Below, piece after piece: positions 38,101 through 45,852 of a DNA stretch of 60,003 nucleotides. A program made the translations under genes and the position numbers. This stretch comes from a virus (taxonomy: Duplodnaviria > Caudoviricetes). A model generated the notes under the pieces. That model was given only the letters and a program-made list of their open reading frames with translations, had not been told where the DNA came from and made no database searches. Numbering within the stretch: position 1 is the stretch's first letter; every line of letters starts with the position of its first letter. The DNA lies in the IMG/VR virus record IMGVR_UViG_3300037408_000429, positions 1 to 60,003 of that record. One strand, written 5' to 3'.

Positions 38101-38907
38101 GGAGTACATGGTACTGGGGATTGCCGACAACAATCCTCCAAGGGCGGATTTGGATCCACCGACAAAATATCCCTCTCTGACCGCTTCTTGGCGAAGGTTC
38201 CCATGGATCCGGGCCTTGGCTTCTTCGAGTGCCCTGCGAGCTGCTGCTGGATTGTTGGCGGCGAACCCACGCAACACAGACTCACGCTCTTCTGGCGTGA
38301 GGTCGTATCTGGCCATATCGCCCCGGATGATCTTGTTTAATTTGGATGTTTGCACCACCGGGGCTTCCGGAATGGCGCGGCGCCAAGTCTTCAGCTTGCT
38401 ATCCCATACAGGCTGGTAAGGCTGTCGCGCTTCGGCCTCTTCTCCTTTGGTAGCAGACCTCATTTGTGGAAGTTCAACGACATCCGGCAGCACTTCTCCG
38501 GTTCGCGGATCCACCCACAGGCCGTTAGGCCTGCTTTCGGGCATCTTGAAGCCCTTGGACGAATCAACCCACACGCCTCCGTCTTCCGCTCTCGTTACGG
38601 TCATCATCCCGTTTGGGAGTCGATAGGGCCTCTCTCTTTTTTTATAGGGGGCAGGCTCTCCGTTTTTGATTCTGGCGCCTGCATCAGCCTCGCGTTTGGC
38701 CTGGATCTCTGCCCATCCCGGCATTTGGGGCGCGGCCGTAAGTGGTTGCCCCGTGAGCCTCTGTAATTGATTCCAGCGTTCCTGTTCCTTGGAAACAATT
38801 GTAGAGGGTTCTACCTCCGCCATTCCTTCTGGTATCGGGGGCAGCCCTGTGTCAGATGACACTTCCACAAGGCCTTCCGGGATAGGAGGAATTACGGGTT
38901 CGGGCAT
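26107..38907 (-). CDS. Giant DarB-like polyvalent virion protein (P-loop kinase/zeta-like + N6-adenine MTase + SNF2 helicase + LPD38-like C-terminus)
   Basis: GGPQGSGKTS; VLEPSMGVGNF and NVPF; AHVVGAGKT, IVDESH, TGTPITN, GVNIQ, EQRNGRIER. Confidence 0.85.
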   Translation of the reverse strand: MPEPVIPPIPEGLVEVSSDTGLPPIPEGMAEVEPSTIVSKEQERWNQLQRLTGQPLTAAPQMPGWAEIQAKREADAGARIKNGEPAPYKKRERPYRLPNGMMTVTRAEDGGVWVDSSKGFKMPESRPNGLWVDPRTGEVLPDVVELPQMRSATKGEEAEARQPYQPVWDSKLKTWRRAIPEAPVVQTSKLNKIIRGDMARYDLTPEERESVLRGFAANNPAAARRALEEAKARIHGNLRQEAVREGYFVGGSKSALGGLLSAIPSTMYSVDWLLQGNAPGLSERAADLEASLAGLHSNAMVLEQMESGLKPGEKLPWWDRVGAQAGPGMMSSIPYLATGSGAASVVGRFTMGSKLLRPIGSAISKSPTLLRVANAGGPEGVEAGMKALSFFLGTGAASTSEALIEAGNSYGEKKAELLRQGYTLEQAHKIASTAGDKTFLGNILLLGVTNTTGPTGDVIRGLMKSEGRIAAREGAKEVLREEIAKSLVRRMSEKGAKITLEAAKDFVTEGLIEEQGQAVISELSKSGKPFTFENMRNEYLKQWDEGVIGGLTGIVMGGAARHLGARDTRRANRSNQNKILEVAAEKFALQAQKEVPNAVEQGQVPGSNLLQHPGGPGVIQTEGDLWQQPTPEPQGGPTPDSGGGPVLGGQVLGPSQAQEIQKIPVVAPVEQTPVVEVPPAVAASSHVPAVPSNVTIGQRVRTVYKGQTVEGQIQAFPLPGVVQIALNDGRRVRGKMTDQATEVKPVEAPPVPNKDAVVPPKNELVLGTDATPKIPASPILARMPNESINEWIQREAKHAVAHPGEMEQRYQALEDTEGGYLLGADHAAKLFGGVQQDPVIGWLHAPAVEASSIVARLEDKAIKAPMPEGKPNIIAVVGGPQGSGKTSVSRSILKNNGAGYVFDGLNLDPTEIKNVMSRIQSGGKTPTYTMVLAPLDTLVDRNAGRFTKEGRPVSPMHQAENLILARETLKTLQNEGIPAHVVINMDEGLEQVALEDGIKWLDKEIGQKSKRELAKQAMKKHIESVERLHGEKNLSEDQFDALVAAATGAEDYAVELYTDYERRLSEISRQRGIQKELPADRGRVTEQAAPVEAPKPDSQEEVATPGETQVLETWDSGSGLNVRLAKGQRKGKDFFTVTFKDMESGEVLPEGKGFATEEQARDYVKSFLEKSSDNVGEQPKANEDIAKRQQSELIRMDLERLTGTKMTQKYVDHLQDAINNFNYNDTLDPANRNSRKVFEKHTRSKLPGTISGTKALLEQMKTKASGMPRETPKAPEATAPRPEAEKPSPPQPAHKNPAIQAMEERAKPAGPAEIETVKGYHAKERRDTWVARLNQRVDDARFQALKTLAHRMGGAYSSYKGFGAIPGFQFKTEADANAFVTKALEGKEVDHDTVERSQRPSASGLGTEGPGGKASDSTKPTPVPKLGGQEAVPAPKQEEPSTQARGVGSTSGGDGNGRNTSVRPGGTGGVPGQRADIRVREDRGGRGRVETLTGSFEIDGSGVDTYLSELNLGSEAQRVKAARTHLDIIRLLKQLEEEGRPDKATPEEKAVLARWIGWGALKDAVDEGLLKSVRAYEKNQVELPDYLKSWNKNWRALTEEILAELTSEQIDAARFSTLNAHYTSMPLVKSIWGMIQAFGFKGGNVLEPSMGVGNFIGMMPRDIRGDVSVAGAELDPVTAKIAQAIYPEVDVFEGDYENAPIKDNSLDLIVTNVPFSHEIRKDGHSLHNWFFIKGLQQLRPGGMMVAITSLGTMDSVNPKHRDVIGKIADLVGAIRLPSNAFVKNAGTEVPTDLLIFRRKDSTAFPSNAFRGTVEVALGEDRYGNQQTDDMNEYFAKNPEQILGKFAINTMNNVQSGMTIRWDGTQGEFEKALQRAIDNLPQGWAQDGVPTNLMEKRKVGTLDSNERLDGSIYLDENGQSVVFYEGTRYTPAEWVSVRSQVLEGEEAPTPKALSPERAKDFNESAKVYLEMKEAAKRLREAEFQDIPTEDREALRSRTMELYKRFTRRNGVDKPINNGLVNPHIVDDPDYFEVASLEDVSETFVKEKGATKKVKTYKPVDILTRSVGRIRPAITKAADIYEAATLSIMEKFRIDPEYIGSLLGISSEDAKNKMLSEDIAFVDPTTHKLEPAWMYLSGNIREKIDTAEAAAQKDPFFQHNVDKLKEVRPKPKPISQITVKFGADWVPLRTFQDFAREIMGLDVPMSREEITGTIRISDKYVKSLDTTKSSKWNVSMANQLGEASPINILESALTWEEIKVSYSVGQGQYKENKLLTSMAREKVLELRHAFSEWLREEDNEHTVEIERIYNDRFNVLVYPKMPTMPVTSFPGQATIFNGKPFSMEKFQIEGVFSGLIQNTLLAHVVGAGKTITGGAIAMELRRLGKANRVIVSTTRSVAQQFAAQVRQLYPNSRIMVRPSTGGAKARKTFLHRLATMDYDMAILTHEDLTSIPDDPIRTEAFVRAEKAKVEEVVRGLKLDLSRGSRDLFAQALRGRLEWLNQLQAQAAPVEEGRAPKEVDEKQARKRAKQAEKSKHARGTTLDELLERKTDRVLTWDDLQADALIVDESHTFKRLDFWTQFTSLKGIDSQSSKRAMSFYLKTKAIHERNGRLICMTGTPITNTMAEIWTNLRYLRPDILESLGISEFDAFVKTFGEISSKPELDATGVFKMVTRLRRFSNIPELRSMLGQVMHRVTAKQIKRTKLPSLASGGPILRVVKPDETSQQIVSYIRSVLGAWDRAGKVKVETRHIPITAYTRSAQAALDPRLLDPYLPAPKEGKLVDLCDNIMKHYKESQGEKGTQVVFCEHFMSPAAYGPGRCFKMPEAARFNMLAEIKRMLVERGIPADEIVDRLPDNEKKRNAIFAKVNAGEVRVIMGGTMNLGVGVNIQERLIAAHHLELSTTPANQEQRNGRIERSGNLFDPIYIYNYATEGSADAFFAQMLDNKKRFADDVMDLGAEIANEADDPGDITMTYEEMMAAFTGDQRVAKKISLQNQVNMLQSEKDSFFAAQRWAIRDAADLLIRDPYKWGTIAYREKRKKVLDSVEIKAMEEAIPKILKTVQEKLTLKEKSEKGDVVELLNTGLLKLPGGYGFQITDRRGEQKGLGESWSISLDGVQVASGDARTLAGLKMSLENGVKKIPQIQGWASEQLEEGKKLLAKHQAMVEAKYHGEAKLQETQKQLEEIKKAIDEGQSSDVRKTIQFRLRRLELAGYDLEQYAGPLSKADDAKAEGDSEKELNLLKILEDMLYTDMAAEGLTNEKRFTGDTKEEFNRWFDDMLSPQWYERHGEAYQEAIAAYLDSKRDQEQEAEMAYGFTSPLSKFLYDLFGKRQNNGAVIVASDFAEVEKRYQANKGVVSESTWKRVGEGLRGVKEAFLRHFEYINPNDSAQMALVQDYLRQYEAGANYAKTVAHDMVANVVRKMSPAQQDLMNRVIITRDIIRNVDEGIDDGTGELPFGYKSVDHARQDLDKFEKILNDPANKAIADALKIRNDQSRSVVESLVMNGLLPSETLENVESYYHRQVMDYLRDRESFPGAVGSDLHAHKKGFQIGRKGGAHDFNTDYKQAEFEWLSDAMAILIKKETLDRLDQSSNIKPQLKQIAKDVNEQAMIDRGMNPDDYSASEIREILGDQFTTWKDMVPEDYTIWQPEKGSHFFPAMTVEESVLDKVMSGNKQLEKEDIRTLLALGSKKTEWVIPSNLAAQLNNFKSQDRNAVERFWVGAQSTWKQWQLISPMRVLRYNMNNLSGDLDIALAYDPRILSYFMKAASDLWSYQVTHDAPEGMQAEMQHAVKVGVVESGLTITEIPDIDKEGAFRLLTSDRPNGNAIQKVWGGLKAFTSWRENILRLAAYRFFQNELAKGKTMYAASKRNEIDALKTRDDKAAKLSRELIGDYGNVSLAGMWIRRHLRPFHSWTEINAPRYMRLFKNTAYEDGSRSARIGRTAASLGLRIGTRYALFALKINLLLALMWMWNNKRYPKETELLRRTTRVKNFLVLGRRPDGSIRYIRMDGALVDALDWFNLSDFTSQMKDLNKGQTTVKDIAANAAKAPVERILQGWEPVSKTIFEITLGRSAYPSIWKKGASLQPGGQPIRDRVAYLARNVAPLDKLWNKVTDKPARKAGTAESLMDALVIYSTDPGEASYYLTRDLAVTWLKNSKHREFEYSGNSTEKGNALYYHKRAAQWGDEEKSKHWLEEYYRLGGKPSSIRQSVKAAHPLGSVPLKWRRQFLNSLNKDDRELVDDAIAWYSKLNTASKTVRRHLADEKEEGGQE

Positions 38908-38910
38908 GAT

Positions 38911-40065
38911 CTACTCCTTGACCCACTGGCCGTTCTGAATGATATACCAAGCCTTGTTTCCCTGTTTGTCGGAAAGCTGAATCCCCTGGTTCCCCTTGGG
39001 TGTTGGTCTCAGTGTAGGTGTTTTCTTGGGAGCATTAGCAGCAGCAGGAGCGGGAGCAGCAGGAGCGGGAGCAGCAGGAGCGGGAGCAGCAGGAGCGGGA
39101 GACGGCCATCCGGTCCCGACAACAAGCCTTTTGCGGGTTTTTTCTATGTCCTCTGGTGTTAGCTCGCTCTTGCCCATTTGAATGGCCAGGCGGATTGCAT
39201 CCCAGTACTCACGAGATTGCTTGCGGGTATCGTCCGCCCAGGATACGGCATCTGCCTCTGTTGCGAACATTTTACCATGTCCAACTTGGCTCTTGGCCCA
39301 GTTCACGCGCCATTGGAAGTTTGTAAGTTTGTTGCTATCCCTAGATGCCGTTCTTGCAGCACGGCTTTTTGCTATGTCCTCTATTTCCTTGTTGTGTCTC
39401 GCCTTCTCTTTGTCTGCATCTTCCTTGCGCTTGTGTTCTTCGGTCTGCGCCCATCTCTGGCCGGAGGCCTTGGACGCATACTCAAGCCACTTGGGGACTT
39501 CCTCTGGTTTGGCGGCAGCGATTCCTAACATTTCTTGTGAGACGTGGACATGCTGTTCCTCTCCGGTGGCCGGGTTGATGGAGTAGAACGTCATCAGCCC
39601 CAAGGGATCTTGTTCTCCAGCCTCGTTGGTTGCGCGTTCGATGCGCGTAATTTTGCCAAAAGCTCCGGAGGCGTTCAGGGCTTCTACTGCCACGGGGTAT
39701 TGACCCATCATGGCGGCTTTGGCCCCCTGGGAGATCATCCCGAGTGATTGCGCCTCTTTGGCTTGCTTGGACATCCCGCGGTATTTCCTGGCGAGATCCC
39801 CACGGCCAGCCTGTTCTGCGATGTTAGCCAGGTTTTCAAGACGATCTGCGTCGGTCGCTCCAGGCACGTTGGCCTGGGAGATATCTTGCTCCTGGTTCTG
39901 CTGACTCATTTGCCGCTTGGCTTGGGATCTTTGTAGATCCTGCCAGTCCTGTTCCCGTCTCATCTCCTGACCCTGCACGATGCCCTGGGCACCCTGCACC
40001 AGCGCATTGCCAAGTCCACCCTGCACCAGGGGACTACCTGCCAAAATGTCACTCAGGCTAGCCAT
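38911..40065 (-). CDS. Internal virion/ejection protein
   Basis: Gln/Ala-rich helical protein upstream of the giant gene; start approximate. Confidence 0.6.
   Translation of the reverse strand: MASLSDILAGSPLVQGGLGNALVQGAQGIVQGQEMRREQDWQDLQRSQAKRQMSQQNQEQDISQANVPGATDADRLENLANIAEQAGRGDLARKYRGMSKQAKEAQSLGMISQGAKAAMMGQYPVAVEALNASGAFGKITRIERATNEAGEQDPLGLMTFYSINPATGEEQHVHVSQEMLGIAAAKPEEVPKWLEYASKASGQRWAQTEEHKRKEDADKEKARHNKEIEDIAKSRAARTASRDSNKLTNFQWRVNWAKSQVGHGKMFATEADAVSWADDTRKQSREYWDAIRLAIQMGKSELTPEDIEKTRKRLVVGTGWPSPAPAAPAPAAPAPAAPAPAAANAPKKTPTLRPTPKGNQGIQLSDKQGNKAWYIIQNGQWVKE
39041..39100. repeat. 15-bp tandem repeat x4 (PAPAA linker)
   Basis: GCAGCAGGAGCGGGA repeated four times. Confidence 0.9.
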
Positions 40066-40073
40066 GTCGTCTC

Positions 40074-40931
40074 CTACTGGTTCAGGAAATTGGTTTGCGA
40101 AGTTGGCCACTCGAACATGGGCTGGCCGTTGGCATTTTGTTCGAGCGTGTTCCAGGTATCAGCATAGCCACCGCCAAAAGATGCTTCAGGGGATGGGGAT
40201 ACCATGGGAGATGGGGACACGACTGAAGGAGCGCCTGGGCCATTCGCCCATGGGCCGTTCTGCTGCTCCAGGTTGTTTACGGATTGCTGAACACTACGGT
40301 CCTCCCACTGCTTAGCGACCGAATCACCTTCTGGCTTCATGCTCTTGCCCCAGATTTGGCCCAGTGTGCCAAGACCGGCACCAACACCCTGCCATCCAGC
40401 CGCGGCCGCTCCGGCAGCCTGACCCATGCGCCCACCCCAGAAAGCACCCTGATTGGCATTGCCCTCCATGACAGCACCGGCCTGTTGGGGCATCTGGCGG
40501 CCAATGGCGGCCAGCCGCATGCGTAGATCGTCCCGGCTTTGCAGGCCCTTGGACCAAGCGTCTGCCAGTGATGCCACTCTCCCGCTTTCCAGGGTGGCCC
40601 TGCTGCTTCGATCCAGCCCACTACCAAGATTCCCTGTCTTAGCCATGTAGCGTTCCAGGTTTCTCCCGGCGTCATCGAACCCTGTCTGAATCTTCGCCCA
40701 ATTCGGCCCGATATTCAGAGGGCCTTCGCTTTGGGCTTTCTCTCGAAGGGGTTCTAGCAGGGGCTTGTCGTACATGTTCAGGTAGTCTTGATACTGCTGC
40801 TGCCTGAATGCCATGTCCCGATCCATGGCTTCCTGTTGGCGATTAGCTGCATCTCGTGCGGCGCCCTGGGCCTGATTGGCCTGATAGGCGCTAACTAGAA
40901 TACCCGCTGCTCCTACGGCTGCTGCTGGCAT
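40074..40931 (-). CDS. Internal virion (pilot-like) protein
   Basis: Ala/Gly-rich N-terminus, Gln-rich helices. Confidence 0.6.
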   Translation of the reverse strand: MPAAAVGAAGILVSAYQANQAQGAARDAANRQQEAMDRDMAFRQQQYQDYLNMYDKPLLEPLREKAQSEGPLNIGPNWAKIQTGFDDAGRNLERYMAKTGNLGSGLDRSSRATLESGRVASLADAWSKGLQSRDDLRMRLAAIGRQMPQQAGAVMEGNANQGAFWGGRMGQAAGAAAAGWQGVGAGLGTLGQIWGKSMKPEGDSVAKQWEDRSVQQSVNNLEQQNGPWANGPGAPSVVSPSPMVSPSPEASFGGGYADTWNTLEQNANGQPMFEWPTSQTNFLNQ

Positions 40932-41614
40932 GATAATTTCTCCACTCGTGAACGATCTGGTTCGTCGAAATGGATTATCAGGCCTCCGACCATGATGGAA
41001 TCCGGTCCTACTACATCCATTCTAGGATATCCGTTGAGCCGCGCATGCTTGTTGTAGAAAGCGCAGGCATTCCCAAGAAAACCCTTCATGCCCATCAGAC
41101 ATACCGCGCCGGCCAGGTTTTTGAAATAGGAATCCACCAGAATCTCTTTGAACTCCTCCGGGGCGAACTGGTGCAAGGCATCATCAGCATAGGGCCAGCG
41201 ATCAAGCGTCAACTGGTAGTTCCTTAGAATGTCCCCATCTGAGATACGAACAAACTGCATCTGCCTGGCGAAAAGATCAGAGGCCTTGTCGGTCGTCTGG
41301 ATGCGCGTCAGCACTTCCGAGGCGGCCAGTTCCGCAAAGCAGAACCGGTACATCCGGCGGACGATGTCAACGCTTCCGGCGCCCCTGCATGTCTTTTGGA
41401 GACAGGTGTGGAGCTCGACGGTGAAAACGTCATAGGGGTCAAGAATGAAGCACCCGTCCCCTGATTCCAAGATCAGGACGAAAACCTTGTGGAAGTCTGG
41501 TCCTATGTCCAGCGGGCCAACGTCGAGCCCAAGGGTCGCGCCCGGATAGACGTCCGGGTGGTTGAGAATGGAGTTGATGGTCTGGATGTCTTCTTGTGTG
41601 GCCACTCTAAGCAT
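40913..41614 (-). CDS. GNAT-like protein of the podovirus ejection module
   Basis: NHPDV, ELHT.L...RG motif; conserved position. Confidence 0.55.
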   Translation of the reverse strand: MLRVATQEDIQTINSILNHPDVYPGATLGLDVGPLDIGPDFHKVFVLILESGDGCFILDPYDVFTVELHTCLQKTCRGAGSVDIVRRMYRFCFAELAASEVLTRIQTTDKASDLFARQMQFVRISDGDILRNYQLTLDRWPYADDALHQFAPEEFKEILVDSYFKNLAGAVCLMGMKGFLGNACAFYNKHARLNGYPRMDVVGPDSIMVGGLIIHFDEPDRSRVEKLSCQQQP

Positions 41615-42251
41615 AGTAGGTCACCAATTCTAGGCCTGTCCCAGTGCTGTTGATCTGTAGCCAGGCGAGTTTCCCGCGAGGAATGGCGACCCCTGTGTCT
41701 GCCGGGTCCGCATTCTTGAGCGCGACAGTTACGGTTGCGATCTCGTCAATGCCTTCCGTGTTGTTGAAGAAGACGATCTTCTTTGAACCGAGAACGGTTT
41801 CAAGTCTCCACGGTAGGTCCAGGTCCCCGTAGAGTTCGACATATTGGAAACTTTCGTCGAAGGTATCCTCCGGCATCCAATATGTTGTTCCGCCATTCGT
41901 GGGGCACGATACCAGAATTGCTTCCATGCCTCCAATTTGAACCGGTAGTTCCATCGCGTCAACAACGGCCAGGTCATCGCTGTCGATGGCCGGGAGGCCG
42001 TCCGCGGGGTCTATTTCCAGCCCGACCATTTTGAGCATGCCCACGGAAGATTCTGGATCAACGGGGTCAACCCCGCCGCCAGTCAAACCCGGTGTTGACG
42101 ATTGGGACGAAGCCGAAGACGCGCCTGAAGACCCAGCCGAAGATCCGACAGAGGCCGTGCGCGTCCCCTTTTCGACGCGGTCTATCCTCTGGCTGAGCGC
42201 CAGGAGCACCCGGAACATTTCCTGGAGGTTCATCCCCTGAGGAAGTTGCAT
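41607..42251 (-). CDS. Hypothetical structural protein
   Basis: Coupled in late operon. Confidence 0.6.
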   Translation of the reverse strand: MQLPQGMNLQEMFRVLLALSQRIDRVEKGTRTASVGSSAGSSGASSASSQSSTPGLTGGGVDPVDPESSVGMLKMVGLEIDPADGLPAIDSDDLAVVDAMELPVQIGGMEAILVSCPTNGGTTYWMPEDTFDESFQYVELYGDLDLPWRLETVLGSKKIVFFNNTEGIDEIATVTVALKNADPADTGVAIPRGKLAWLQINSTGTGLELVTYYA

Positions 42252-42682
42252 CAGTCGTCTCCAGATGGAAGACCTTCGCAGAACGCCTTGGCCGCCAAAA
42301 GCTTTCCCTGTATGGCGATGTAAACCAGCAGTTTGTAGCCTGTCCGATATTTCCTGGGCAGATTCAGGCGCCGCGGCCGGGTGGATCCCTTGGCGAGTTC
42401 CAACATTCCGCTTGCCACGAAGCGATCATCCACCCACACCAGCACCATGGCCCGTCCTTCTCCGTGGACTTCAATACACTCCCACACCTTCATGCGAGTG
42501 GGGTCCTCGGCAGTCAGAGGCCCAACCAGAATGGACCCGGGTATCAGGGCCCCCTCTTCGTGACTCATTTCGGCCAGGAAAAGAGAGCCGTACGGACTCA
42601 GGTCCTCAAAATCACCCATGCCATTGTCCGGGTCCAACTGGACTTCGATGATCTTGGGCAGAAGAGAGGGGTCGTAACTCAT
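42251..42682 (-). CDS. Hypothetical structural protein
   Basis: Coupled in late operon. Confidence 0.6.
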   Translation of the reverse strand: MSYDPSLLPKIIEVQLDPDNGMGDFEDLSPYGSLFLAEMSHEEGALIPGSILVGPLTAEDPTRMKVWECIEVHGEGRAMVLVWVDDRFVASGMLELAKGSTRPRRLNLPRKYRTGYKLLVYIAIQGKLLAAKAFCEGLPSGDD

Positions 42683-45600
42683 GGGAGACTCACGAACAAG
42701 TCTATCGTTATGGTCGGATCCCCCATTATGGGGTCGCCCTCACCATCATATCCAACTGGAACTTGTATATATTCTCCGTTTAAGTAAAATTCAAACCTAT
42801 AATAATATGATATTGATTCTGCCCCCAAAACAACGGTGTTGTCTAGTTCTGATCCTAGTTTTTCCCATTGCTTCTTGGTGTAAGTCCCAAGCAATGTTTC
42901 GTTTTCATCTCCATCTTTTTTGTAGTACAGTTTGAAACTGTCGAAAGATGCTGCCGGGTAACAATAGATTGTGTTCAATATATTACCGTGGTGATTACCT
43001 GAATCTATTGTTTGATCCACATCACTGACGCCAGGTAATGCTTCCGTGAGAACATCTATCTTGGCGCCGCCTGTCGGAGTGTAATCTATATGATACACGC
43101 CAAACCCGTTGGTGAATGTTCTTGGATTTTGGAGCAGTAGAAATGCCTGACCCCTCTCGGTCACATGAGCAGCCCTCGGCCTAAACCCAAGGAAGGTGAT
43201 TGGATAGCCGCTTTTTGAGCAATCAACAACCACCATGCCGTGATAACCGTAACGATCTCCGTTAATATAATAAAGATAGTATTTACCCTTCCAATAGAAG
43301 GACCGGATATCTTCAAGCGGACCCACTTGCGTGAGCGTGCTGTCGATATGACGCTCGCCCCGTTCTGGGTCTGCGGCCGGCATGCCTTTGGTGAGCTTGG
43401 CCCAGGCCGCACTCATGCGGGTTGGAACCATCCAGAACGGAAACTCGTCCTGGAAAGAGCTCCCTGCCGTGAGAAGAGAGCTTTCGATCCTTCCCTCGCT
43501 GATGGGAACAGAACCGTTGATCTCTGGTTTCCAGGCCATGAGTCCGCGCTTGGTCAGGTGGATGAGGCCGGCAGGAGTAGGCTGGGGTGTGAATGGACCT
43601 ACCAGGCCATCCTCGGCTAGGGTCTTGTTCGCAGACATGGAGGAGGGGTCCTGCCCGTCCATTCGGTGGGTGCCGTCTGTGCAGTGAACAAGGAGCGTCC
43701 CGGCGTAAGAGGACAGCTGGAGAGGCTCGCTCGGGAAATCCCACCGGTAGGCCTTGGGGAACGCGCCGGGGCGATTGATCGGACTCGCACACACGGTTCG
43801 ATCCACGATGCCCCACAGGCTGTTGTTGTGCAGGGTGAGTCTCCGGAGATTCACCGGGGGAAGATCGTGAACGACGTGGATCTGGACCCCAGAGGCATTG
43901 GTCTCGTAGTAGTCGGTTGAGCAGGTACCGCCAAGCGCGTCCGCAGGCTTCGAATCCAAGACCTCCACCACGGAAAGGTCATATTCCCCTTGTTCCGAAA
44001 AGGAACCGCCAACATCGCCGCGGCTGACATATAGGCGCCATTTTGAAAGGTACTTGGCGGCATCGACGGCGGTCTGGAACACACCCGTAGATGAAGCCGA
44101 AGCTGTGTCGTTCAACTCTGTGAGAACCTTGATTTTGAAAGAATCGGTCGAGGCATCTTCTTCCAGAGTGTAGTACCCGTCCAACTCAAGGAAACTACCC
44201 AGGCGGACAAGGTCACCCTTCTCTAGCACCGTGTCGAACGGGAAGGCAGGGTCGAAGGTGACAACCGTTTCAACAGTTTTGCACAGCCACCCCCAATAAG
44301 GCGTGCCGGATATGGCCTGGGCCTGGGTTGGCCAAGTGATATTGGTGTCCTTCTTGATGGTGAACACATGTGTCTGGCTCGTGTCCGTGGTCGGGATATC
44401 ATGATCCTCGCCAGGAGTGTCGGATCCGAAGTCGAGATAGAAGGTGTCTTTCCCGACTGTGCCCTTCCATTTGTCGTTCAGGTAGACGTGATACCCATCC
44501 GGCTCTCCGGCGCAGCTCCACCGCACAACGGCACGCTTCCCGCCAGCAGTCGTCAGTGTCGATTCATCCGACTTCGTTCCTTCCGCGGGTGCGCCCCCTG
44601 CGATGCCATCGCCATCCGCGAATTCTCCGGTTGGATCCGCATACCCAAGTCCTCGGAACGGGACAATTCTCACGCGCAGAACGGTCCCGACCGTGAACGG
44701 ATCTGGGGTCGTCTCGCTGCTGTCGATGAACGCCGTGATGGTCGGTTTTGAGAGCGCGTCGGCGAAGGTGCTCACGTTGTAGATCTGGTTCTTGGTATTC
44801 GTGTCTGTTCCGGTATCCGCGGCCCCGTGGCGGGCAACGATGCCTACCTCGTCTCCGGTTTCGAGCGAGTGCGCGGTACTTGTGGTGATGACCATGCGGC
44901 CAGACACACGTTGATACCTGCCTGTAATGGTGTCGTCCCGCGTGGTCTGGGAAAGGTCTATGGAAAGAACATCTACCGTGTACTGGGGATAAATTGTCTG
45001 CCCTTTGAACAGGCCGTCAAAGGTCGGATACCTTGTGATCTTCCTGCCCTTGAAGGTGTTCAACGGTCCAAAGGTTGGGCTTGGCCCGCTCTCTTCTTCG
45101 TACCCGTTGACCTTTCTGATGTAAGTGTAGAAATACCAGAAGACATTGTCTTCGTCCAGTTGGTTGGCGAACTGACCAACGGGAGACTTTGATCCTGAAT
45201 CAAGAAATTCGGTCTCGCTCACATCCAGTTCGTCGATGATTTGCTCATGGCCAGAACTGCGTCCGTAGATGACGATCTTGACCACATCCTCAAGGGTGAC
45301 CTTGTTCCACTCCAGCCTCACCGCGCTCTTGTCTTTCGTCGAAATAGTCACCTGGCCGCCCGGCCTCGCAAGCCCCCACTTTGTTCGATACCCAATCCTG
45401 TAGGTTGCGCTTCCAGCAGAAAGACTGCCTGCGTTTTCGACCAGCGTTGCCTCTACCCTGGTGGGGCTCATGGCGTCGGTCTCGGCCACCAGCGGCGCCG
45501 CAATGGGCCGGATGGTCCCCAGCTGGGCCTGAACCCCATCAACGATGATCTGCGGAATCAGGCCCTCTTCCTTGAAGTAGAGTCTTTCCTTTCCGCCCAC

Positions 45601-45852
45601 GTATTCCGCTGCCCAGTCTCTCCGCAGCGATGAGAACCACCAGCGCCCCCTGTACTCGAAGATGTCAACGATTCCATCGTCAACCTCCTGCCGGAACACG
45701 GGGGCCCTGTAGCTCCTGGCGGTGATGCCCTCAAGATCAACGTTGTCAAGGATGACCGCATGCCCTTGCCCGATCAGGCTAGGGTCCGTGACGGCGCTGA
45801 CGCCTTTGGTGAAGTCGATCCTGGGGATGCTAGCCACGACTATCTCCTGCAC
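42679..45852 (-). CDS. Tail nozzle/tubular-B-like stabilisation protein
   Basis: 1057 aa beta-rich; Y.YTY....EESGPSP, S.INRP.AFP motifs; follows adaptors. Confidence 0.7.
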   Translation of the reverse strand: MQEIVVASIPRIDFTKGVSAVTDPSLIGQGHAVILDNVDLEGITARSYRAPVFRQEVDDGIVDIFEYRGRWWFSSLRRDWAAEYVGGKERLYFKEEGLIPQIIVDGVQAQLGTIRPIAAPLVAETDAMSPTRVEATLVENAGSLSAGSATYRIGYRTKWGLARPGGQVTISTKDKSAVRLEWNKVTLEDVVKIVIYGRSSGHEQIIDELDVSETEFLDSGSKSPVGQFANQLDEDNVFWYFYTYIRKVNGYEEESGPSPTFGPLNTFKGRKITRYPTFDGLFKGQTIYPQYTVDVLSIDLSQTTRDDTITGRYQRVSGRMVITTSTAHSLETGDEVGIVARHGAADTGTDTNTKNQIYNVSTFADALSKPTITAFIDSSETTPDPFTVGTVLRVRIVPFRGLGYADPTGEFADGDGIAGGAPAEGTKSDESTLTTAGGKRAVVRWSCAGEPDGYHVYLNDKWKGTVGKDTFYLDFGSDTPGEDHDIPTTDTSQTHVFTIKKDTNITWPTQAQAISGTPYWGWLCKTVETVVTFDPAFPFDTVLEKGDLVRLGSFLELDGYYTLEEDASTDSFKIKVLTELNDTASASSTGVFQTAVDAAKYLSKWRLYVSRGDVGGSFSEQGEYDLSVVEVLDSKPADALGGTCSTDYYETNASGVQIHVVHDLPPVNLRRLTLHNNSLWGIVDRTVCASPINRPGAFPKAYRWDFPSEPLQLSSYAGTLLVHCTDGTHRMDGQDPSSMSANKTLAEDGLVGPFTPQPTPAGLIHLTKRGLMAWKPEINGSVPISEGRIESSLLTAGSSFQDEFPFWMVPTRMSAAWAKLTKGMPAADPERGERHIDSTLTQVGPLEDIRSFYWKGKYYLYYINGDRYGYHGMVVVDCSKSGYPITFLGFRPRAAHVTERGQAFLLLQNPRTFTNGFGVYHIDYTPTGGAKIDVLTEALPGVSDVDQTIDSGNHHGNILNTIYCYPAASFDSFKLYYKKDGDENETLLGTYTKKQWEKLGSELDNTVVLGAESISYYYRFEFYLNGEYIQVPVGYDGEGDPIMGDPTITIDLFVSLP

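Noticed and set aside
39041-39100. 15-bp tandem repeat as a regulatory array
   Set aside because: In-frame Pro/Ala linker within a coding sequence
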